DNA of 64,000 nt from Daphnia carinata. Lineage: Eukaryota. Positions 55,671 to 64,000 of the stretch are shown here, in pieces; the first letter of the stretch is position 1, and the number at the start of each line of letters is the position of its first letter. The stretch spans positions 1,984,001 to 2,048,000 of the forward strand of contig NC_081331.1 of NCBI RefSeq assembly GCF_022539665.2. The letters are read 5' to 3'. The notes under the pieces are model-generated. The model did no database searches. It saw only the letters and a list, made by a program, of their open reading frames with translations, and was not told the DNA's origin. Made by a program: the position numbers and the translations under genes.

Positions 55671-56539
55671 ATGTTTTCTCTGGTACACTACGTTTTCGAT
55701 GAAGCTGCCAGGATCTGGGACCTAAGAGGTACAGTTTTAATGTCAGAGGTTTCAAAATCGCTCATTAAAAATTGCGCCGTTTAACAGACAAGCGAACAGA
55801 TGGATGGCTACTGACGGATTCTCCGCTAACACCAACATTGATTTGCCTGGTATACGTGTATGCTGTTCAAATACTAGGGCCCAAACTTATGGAAAATCAA
55901 GCAGCTTACAAGTTGAGAGGCTTACTTGTGATATACAACGTATTTCAAATATCATTCAATGGTTGGATGTTCTACCATCTTTGCCGCTTAACGTGGTTCA
56001 ACGGTTACAGTCTCATGTGTCAGCCAGTGGATTACTCGGACAACGAAGACGCCCTACAAATAATCACGCTCGGCTATTGCAACTACCTGTGCAAATTAAT
56101 CGATTTTTTCGACACCGTATTTTTTGTGTTGCGAAAAAAGAACAGCCAGCAAATAACGTTCTTGCACGTATATCATCACGCTACAATGCCCCTCACTGTT
56201 TGGATCGTTTTTCGATACGTCCCGGGTGGACAAAGCGTTTTCATGCCGACTGTCAATAGTTTTGTGCACGTCGTTATGTATTTTTACTACCTAATGGCAG
56301 CCATGGGACCACGCTTCCAAAAATATCTTTGGTGGAAAAAGTACCTCACCGGTTTGCAGATGTTGCAGTTCTTATGTGTTGGAGTGCATGGGTCACAGTT
56401 ATTGCTCATCGAATGCGATTTCCCCATCTTCTTCCCATGGTTCTTCGTCACACAATCCATAGTATTCTTCCTATTATTCAAAGCTTTTCACTCTAAAGCG
56501 TACAAGGTAACTAAAATAGACAACAAAAAAATTAAGTAA
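55671..56539 (+). CDS. ELOVL1/7-like elongase, copy G
   Basis: Exons 55671-55728 and 55788-56539; KLIDFFDT, LHVYHH, NSFVHVVMYFYY; ends KKIK. Confidence 0.95.
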
Positions 56540-57242
56540 ATTGATATGTTCACAATTTTTTTTTTTTTACAATCTTTTATGTAAACCTTTTATATAATCC
56601 GGCTACATAGACAAGTAAATAGATTGTTCTTAAAAACAGTCTTTCTTTTCTCCTTTCCTTTTAGTATCATAGATATGCAAATATTTGGTTATCACATGCC
56701 AAAAAATAACGGTAACGGTTGTCTTTAAGCATAAGCGTGGTCAAGAAACATTTTTAAGAATTTGGTATAAGTATTCTGTATGGTAAATGTTATGGTCTGC
56801 TGACTACTACAGTGTCACCATCATAACAAAAATCACTAATACGTGCGAATAATGTTTGCCTCCCTATAATGCCAGGAGAAAATCATGCTAGGTTTCAAAC
56901 ACAGAATTTGTATTGCAGCAAAGTGGGAATCCCCCTTTCCCAAAGTCCTTTTTCATGCGTCGTAAAAATTTTACTTCATGTTGCTCTATTGCCTACGCTT
57001 TATCACAATAGCTGTTCCATCAAGAGTCCCCCCCCCCAAAAAAAAAACTGAATTATAATTTAAAGCCTTTCTTCCGCTTTTCTTCTTTACATTATCACAA
57101 ATCCTCCTATATGTGCTTCGAATATCCCTTGCATCGGCAGACCGTTTTGATCCGCCACGCTAACCTGTGTTTCTTTTGCGTCGCAAACAGTACACTGCAT
57201 TTCATTTGTTGCAGTGCCAAAAACGTACAAGTTCATCATACA

Positions 57243-58181
57243 ATGGATCCCGTTAAGACTCTCATTTCTGGATGCAGCCGAATTTGGGAGGCAAGAGGTA
57301 TTTATTTAAGCAACAGCAACGGTTTCTTAAAAGTTTGTTTTATAACCGAACTCAACCCACCTGCATTGCACTTGCACCAAATTATTTTTTCCGATATTTG
57401 CATGTCCTCAAGTCATCTTTTCAATTCAAAAGATACACGGACAGACGGATGGCCATTAACAGAATCTCCACTAACGGCAATCCTGATTTGCCTGGCTTAC
57501 CTGTTCGCTGCCAAAATGTTGGGTCCGAAGCTGATGGCGAATCGTCCACCTTACGACTTACGAGGAGCACTGGTGACTTACAATGCCTTCCAAATCTTTT
57601 TTAATGGGTGGATGTTCTACCACATCTGCTGCGTGACCTGGCTGAAAGGCTACAGTCTGATTTGCCAGCCAGTGGATTACTCGAACAATGAAGATGCTCT
57701 TCAGGCGATTAGCATGGGATACTTTTATTGCATATCCAAACTCCTTGATTTACTGGATACGTTGTTCTTTGTGTTACGTAAAAAGGACAATCACTTAACT
57801 TTTCTTCACATTTATCATCACATCTGTATGCTGTTGACAGTATGGATTGGCTTCCGGTTCATTTCGGGTGGTCAAAGTGCTTTTCTGCCAACTGTCAACA
57901 CTTTAATGAACGTCGGCGTGCACTTTTACTACCTCATTGCTGCAATGGGCCCGTCCTTTCGAAAATACTTGTGGTGGAAAAAGTATCTAACCGTTTTTCA
58001 AATGTTCGAATTAGTCTGCATTGGTTTGCATGGATCGCAATTATTATTTGTCGATTGTGGCTTTCCTTCCGCCATTGCGTGGTATTACGTTGCACAGACG
58101 TGTATTTTCTTACTGCTTTTCAAAAACTTTCATTCAAAAACATACCCAACAAATAACAATTTCCATTGCAAAAGTAAATGA
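57243..58181 (+). CDS. ELOVL1/7-like elongase, copy H (divergent motifs)
   Basis: Exons 57243-57297 and 57433-58181; KLLDLLDT and LHIYHH intact, but NTLMNVGVHFYY and TVFQMFEL replace the conserved motifs. Confidence 0.92.
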   Translation: MDPVKTLISGCSRIWEARGIYLSNSNGFLKVCFITELNPPALHLHQIIFSDICMSSSHLFNSKDTRTDGWPLTESPLTAILICLAYLFAAKMLGPKLMANRPPYDLRGALVTYNAFQIFFNGWMFYHICCVTWLKGYSLICQPVDYSNNEDALQAISMGYFYCISKLLDLLDTLFFVLRKKDNHLTFLHIYHHICMLLTVWIGFRFISGGQSAFLPTVNTLMNVGVHFYYLIAAMGPSFRKYLWWKKYLTVFQMFELVCIGLHGSQLLFVDCGFPSAIAWYYVAQTCIFLLLFKNFHSKTYPTNNNFHCKSK

Positions 58182-59349
58182 ATTAAGATATAGGACTTTA
58201 ATCGTGTATATTATTCCCTTTCCATTTAGAGCATTTTCGTAATGTTAGCAGAGGCAGTACTTTTTTCTTTTATTCGAAATTACAAAATTTACGACTAATC
58301 CACTTACGTCTCAGCTTGTTCCTTGGGTACACTCGCAACGGAACACGCATCCCATCCCTCGCATTCAACTTTTATTTGCTCCGCTTGTATTTACTTGCTT
58401 GCTACCGTCAAATGATGCATAGGGAAACTTTTAGCGAATATTCCATGCGAAATTGCGAAGTAGATTAATGATTTCATTTAGCCATTTCTCACTAATTCAT
58501 ACCGTCTGTTCCCAAATCACAGCCTAACAATTATGTGTTCACCTTTGCGTTTATTGGATTTCATTTTCCAGCAAAAAGAGCTTCAGATTTAAAGAACTCT
58601 GTTTATTATTCGTAATAACAGAAAAAAAAATTTTCTGAAAAAAAATAACGTTTCCGTTGCTTATAAACCCAAATGTCGTAAAATAGGGATGGATTGCCAT
58701 GTAAACTCGTTCACCCATGGATGTACCTGGGCTGCGCCCCATTGATGTCGTTATTCGGCTTTTCTGATCAGTCACATTGATACAAAGCAATTTTTTTTTT
58801 TCGAAACGAGGTTATAGCACATGGCCACAAATTCTTCGTGCAAGGATCGTAAAATATTTATCAATGCATCTTTACTACTGCTCTTTCCTTGGAATCGTTT
58901 GAAGCAATCATTGCACGCACGCGTGCAGCTTGTCATTGACCTTCTACGACAACTGTCGCTTTCTACCGTGACAAAATCAGTAAACAAAGCAACAATAAAT
59001 AAACGTGAGCTATGTAGGACGTTATGTCAAAACGTACCCATTTATTACGCTCATACTGTTAAGAAAGGACGATCATGCCCTTCACAGTTTGTCACCGAGT
59101 TCAATAGGCAAGAACACCCTCCCAAAAAGACGTGCGGTATATTTATTGGTCGATTGATCTGTTGAATTTCACAATGAAACAATAATCCATCCATCAGAAA
59201 ATGAAATTTACTTTTTTTTTATGGCTCTGAAGAGTTAGGACATGTCATTATTAAACAATTTCAAATTATGATGAGATCGCGATTCCGGACGGTTTGCGGC
59301 CAGAATAATTAGACGATTAAACCATTTGTTTTACAGCTAAATACAAATG

Positions 59350-62300
59350 TCACCATTGGAATGATACGATAACTTCTTGACTGGCTGATTCGTCGTCCGA
59401 CCCCTGACTAATGTTGACATCAGCCGATTCTTCTACAAATGTTTGAGCCATACTTACAGTACCTGGACTGTCAACATCTTCCTCAACAAGTAATAGACTT
59501 CTATCGACCAGTTGGTAAATGGTTTCGTAACCGCCGCTGTCCACAGCCAAGTTCAGCAGAGTCACCAGCGAACTCTGGTTGTTCTTTATTCCAACGTTAC
59601 AACTTCTACTTGCAGGTTTGGTCTGTATATCGTTCCTACTGCAGTTTAAGCAAGACGCTGAGCCCCAACCGACAGCTGTGGAACCCTTGTTTCCACGGTG
59701 TTTAGTTTTCGCTGAGTTCGCATTCACCTGATGTGAATCGCCCAGAGATACACAGCTCCTCGATACCAGTTTGTTGAAGTAGTTGGGTAGATCCCATGTT
59801 GTCACAGGCGTGCGGACGTTGACAGTCGGCTCTTGATCTTGTTCCAACATGGCATACAGCTGCGTCACTTCCGCTTGAATCGCTGAGCTGTACTGTAAAG
59901 TATCACACAAAAGATTGTCATCGAGTTGCAAATCAATATCAGGACATTTTCAGCAATGGCCAGTCTTACGTCATCAAGAGTCGAGACGCTCGAATTAAAT
60001 TCTTTGGCTAAAATGCGATCGAGCCGCTGAATTTCCGCATCTAACTTGGCGATATCGCGCAAATAAACCCGATTCATGATCTCAGCTCGAGTCAACAATT
60101 CCTTCCGGTCGTCCACAACCATCCTGCAACACAAGGTTTTCCTTGTTTAATGCAACATTTAAAAAAATGCTGAAAACGTCTTACCTTCTAGTATTAAATT
60201 CTAATTTCAATCCAGTGCCGTGACATATTGGGTCTATAGGAACGCCACCTCGTGATTGTCGCCAAACGGCGTGGAACTGCAGAAGCCAAGCAGGAAATCT
60301 TTCGTTACTTTTCTCAATTTTCTAAACGATTATCGGTAACGTACCTTGGGTAAAAATAAAAGGCAAAGCGCAGTAGTAGTGGAGGTCAAAATGAGCGTCG
60401 CCACCACTAAATAGTTGATCGTCGTCCGGTCGGATAACAAGGAATCGCAAAAAACGACAATAATACTAGTCAATACCACGTTATACACGTTCATGCCAAT
60501 GTAGGGTGAATCGTTGAGCGCCGGAATTGCAACTTTCCTGTAACAAAAAAAAAAAATCAAATGTAGTTAGTTGGTCAGTTAAACGAATCAATGTGTTCTG
60601 ATTGAAACATGCCTCGTTTCCCAAGCCATGTAAACTCCAGCGATTAGAAGTAAGCCTTTTTTAACGTAAAGGATTCCCAACCACATGGACGACCTGTTCG
60701 AACGACACACTTCTACCTGGAAAAGTATAACGTGAAAGCGTGAGGTTGCTAGTTGGACAAAACCTCCACTATAATTGAATCGTACCTGAGGCTGATAGAC
60801 GACGCTACGATCTAATGAGCTGACAACTCTAACGAGATTGTAGAGATGTCTCTCGAAGGGGTCCAATGCTACCCAGAGTCCTATGACTAACGTGTCCATT
60901 AAAAGTAATACCAGAATGAGGCCAATCAACTGGGTGTCAGCCAAAAGCTAAGGAAACAATAGACAGCCAATTGTTTTACATTTTCAACGAATGTAACGAT
61001 TACAATATCTAATGTATTATACCTTATTTTTGAGCAGACTGTTGCGCATGCTAAAGATACGATGGACGCGGAAAGTCTTGGTAAACATGGCGCCGAAGGC
61101 AAGTGAGAATCCAGCCGATAGGAAATAAGCTCGACCCTTTTCATTTCATTTTTCAAAAACCCGAAAATCATGATACAAAATCGAGGTAATAAATTATTTA
61201 AAAGTTGAACGTGGCCAACACAAACGTACCATACAGACAAAAGGAAAACCTGTGTCGTGTACGAGCGTAGCGTGATCGACACCCAGCAAGATCACAGCAC
61301 CGTAAATGAGGCACGAGCCAACAATGGCCATGTTGTTCAACTTAGGACTCGAGAGTTTGATATACCTGCAAAAGAAAGAGAGAAACGAACGAACAATGGC
61401 GTGCTCAACTCGAGCGCAGCAAAGACGTCACAATGCAAAAGTTTTAGTATTAGACATACTTGAGCTTCCTTTTGACCAGGTTGAACGACAAACAAATGAG
61501 AGCAAAGACGATGCCAAGGCTAGCTAGCAAAGTCATCGTATAAAACGCAGTAGGTGCTATAGTATCTATGCGATACTGTGAGAAGATGTTATTCATGACG
61601 ATGGTTAAGAAAGATTTGGTTGAAACATATTAACAATAATACTTTGATGATGCGGGTGGCAACTGGCGGTTGACCTAGTGGCCACATGACCGGCCAGCTG
61701 CCATTCAATTCCAGTCCCATGTCCGGATGGAAGAGTCCAATCTGTCTTGCCACACCCTCTGTGATTTAATAAGGCAAATTATTAAACATCAGATTCTCCT
61801 ATTATTGTTTGTTAAATTCAACTTTGGATTTGAAACAAGGACGTCGTTCCAATTCGATCGGCTCCCGAGTACGAGACGAGACCTGAAGCGCCTTGGAATC
61901 GGAGGGATGATATCTTGGCCATCAGCTGTTCAGCCATATCCTTACGACCGTAATTGAAGTTGGCCAAGGACGGCCTTTCTTTGGCCGGTTGACGGGCGTA
62001 ATCAACCTGCAGCTCACGAAGGGCTAGCGCCATCGTCCAAATTGCGTCGTAAATTTCGCCGTGAAATTCTTCGCTCGTGATGGTCGGAATCTGCATTCGG
62101 AAAACACGATAACAATAACTGCTTCAGCAATTCGCAGTCATCGATGACAAGCAAAAGTGATTAGGAAACATATTCGAAGGGATATTTGACTGATAGTGCA
62201 ATCGCCAAGCAAAATAACGCCATCCCAACGGAACCAGCACGCAATTTTTTTTCCAAATAAATCGCGATTTATTCCATTTGGCCTGAAACAAGATCTTTTT

Positions 62301-63808
62301 CAACTTGTGCTTTGAACCTTTTTGGTCAATGGGAATATGCAATACAAGAAACAGTATGTTCTTAAGAATTTGAAAGGAAGCAAAAGAAACACACTTTGGT
62401 CGAGATTTTTAAGTTCTTATTTTCTTTAGGATAGAACACAAACTTTTTAACTGTTTACTAAACGTTTTACTGATATAAGCTCATTACAACACCTCCCTAA
62501 TCTTTTTTCCCGTTTTAAGCAGGGCCGCGTAGGATAGAAAAAAAGCATTTGAATCGGTCCATTCACATTACTTAGTGAGCCTCATAGTTCTCGCTTCGAA
62601 TTATCAGTTCATCGTGCAAATTCAAGTTTAACAGATGAAAAGAAACAGTCGAACTGCTGTCTAATCTTTTAGGTAATACATGAACTAGACTTCACGCGAA
62701 CACTTTTCATGATTGCAAGTTCTTCTTTCGACATATAGAAAAGCATACTTGAAAGGATGAAAAGAAAGCCGTCGGTGATATTGACAGGATGCGAGTACGG
62801 TCGCATGAAGAAATTCCCTTCAATGACGGCCATCAAATCCTTCTTGCTGAATCGACTATCGCAAGAGGTGCCGTTAGACAATTCCATGGCGTGCTGGTGT
62901 TGCAACTGCTCCAGCCATCGATCTGATCTGAAAACAGAGCCCGGAAGGATCCATACCTGTTTGTCGAATGTATAGCCTCAGCTTATCAGTAAAAACAATC
63001 TTTGAGAAAAAGAAGGGAAAAAAACTCATCACACAAGGAAAATGAAACGAGTTTCTTACGTGATCGGCGCCGTAAAGATTTCGACGGTGAACCTGTTGGA
63101 AATGGTGAAATACTCAGTTGTTGGGTTATACTGTGTTGTGTCAATATCGTCTAAGTTGACTGAACTCAAACTATCGGAAAACCGAGCAAGTGGGTCGTAC
63201 CTCACAGAAGATTGGGAGCGCCATGGACGGGGCGAAACTGCCAATGATAATGCGAGCATCGCGAGCCTGTCGTGGTTGCATGCGAAAGAGCGGAGGCAAA
63301 ACGAATCCATGAAAATGTCCTTGTATCAAGTCAATCTATATACTTTTGGCTGCCATTATCGATTATTGTAGAGTTTACATCGATCTGATATCTACTACAC
63401 TCAGTGCAATGCTTATTATGCTATGAAATGCAATCAAATTTGTGTGCAACGTCAGCTAACGTACTTGGAGAATTTCAAGAGTATCCGTCAATTCGTCGGG
63501 AGCAAAGGTCAGGCTGTTCGATACCGACGTATTGGCGTCCTCTAGCAGTGCGCTCAAGTCGTTGATCACCTGAAAATGTTGCGTTACAAACCTAAGCCAA
63601 TAGTGCTGAATGTTTGTTCTATCGTTCGTTATCATACCAGTGAATAATCGTCTTCGTTCTGCACGAGAAACGATACGCTGTCCCAGCGAAAGTGGCGCAA
63701 AAAAGCGAGCCGAGCGGCGTTGTGCGCGGACTCGACGGCGACGGTCCGGAAGAAGAATGGAAATTTCTGACGATCGCTCAAGCCGGCCGACGTTGCCGCG
63801 TGTGAGAT
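59350..63808 (-). CDS. GABA-B receptor subtype 3-like class C GPCR (5' part lies beyond the window end)
   Basis: Venus-flytrap segments (LSDRQKFPFFFRTV...HNAARLAFLRHFRW; RDARIIIGSF; YDAIWTMALAL; F.GASGLVSYSGADRIG); 7TM segments (IKLSSPKLNN, FGAMFTK, AWETRH, IPALNDSPYIGMNVY, LCLLFLPK); C-terminal coiled coil VVDDRKELLTRAEIMNRVYLRDIAKLDAEIQRL typical of arthropod GABA-B-R3; stop at 59350. Confidence 0.88.
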
Positions 63809-64000
63809 CTGTTTTGCATTCAAATTGAGAAACATAAATATCGTGTTTTTATTTTTAGTTTTTTATGGCGGCTTTAAATTCAGTGCAGTTTTATGGATTT
63901 GAAACGCTGTATAGAGAGTACATTACGTCACTTTTCAGCATTATCTGATTTATACGCCTTACGTGTACAGGAATTCCTTGTTCTATCTTTTTCTTTTGTC

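Noticed and set aside
57111..57242. 44-aa N-terminal extension of elongase H shown in the ORF track
   Set aside because: Paralog comparison places the start at ATG 57243 (short first exon ending W-x-x-R).
40480..57770. KxxDxxDT instead of KxxExxDT in all eight elongases
   Set aside because: Asp at this position is common in arthropod elongases, so it is not treated as unusual.
1..64000. tRNA, rRNA, snoRNA or miRNA genes
   Set aside because: None recognisable by eye; an Infernal/Rfam and tRNAscan-SE scan would be needed to exclude them.

Overview
Eukaryotic, intron-rich, AT-rich genomic DNA. Compact introns, gene content and protein motifs suggest a crustacean, probably Daphnia (inference). 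Gene order: Pde11-type GAF-GAF phosphodiesterase (+, 19 exons, including a ~10.8 kb first intron); synaptotagmin-15-like double-C2 protein (-), whose last intron holds a ~2 kb TA-flanked inverted-repeat element filled with ~330/658 bp hairpin-bearing repeats; an EF-hand/coiled-coil/Rab GTPase (CRACR2A/Rab46/RASEF type, -); a tandem array of eight intact ELOVL fatty-acid elongase paralogs in two sequence classes and mixed orientation (40.0-58.2 kb), interrupted by a poorly resolved spliced membrane-protein-like locus; and the 3' part of a GABA-B receptor subtype 3-like gene (-). The most notable points are the elongase cluster (one copy has altered active-site motifs, one has a private intron), the satellite-bearing MITE, a GC-AG intron splitting the Rab G3 motif, and a possible dual-start myristoylation switch in Pde11. 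All gene models were assembled by eye; no searches were run.
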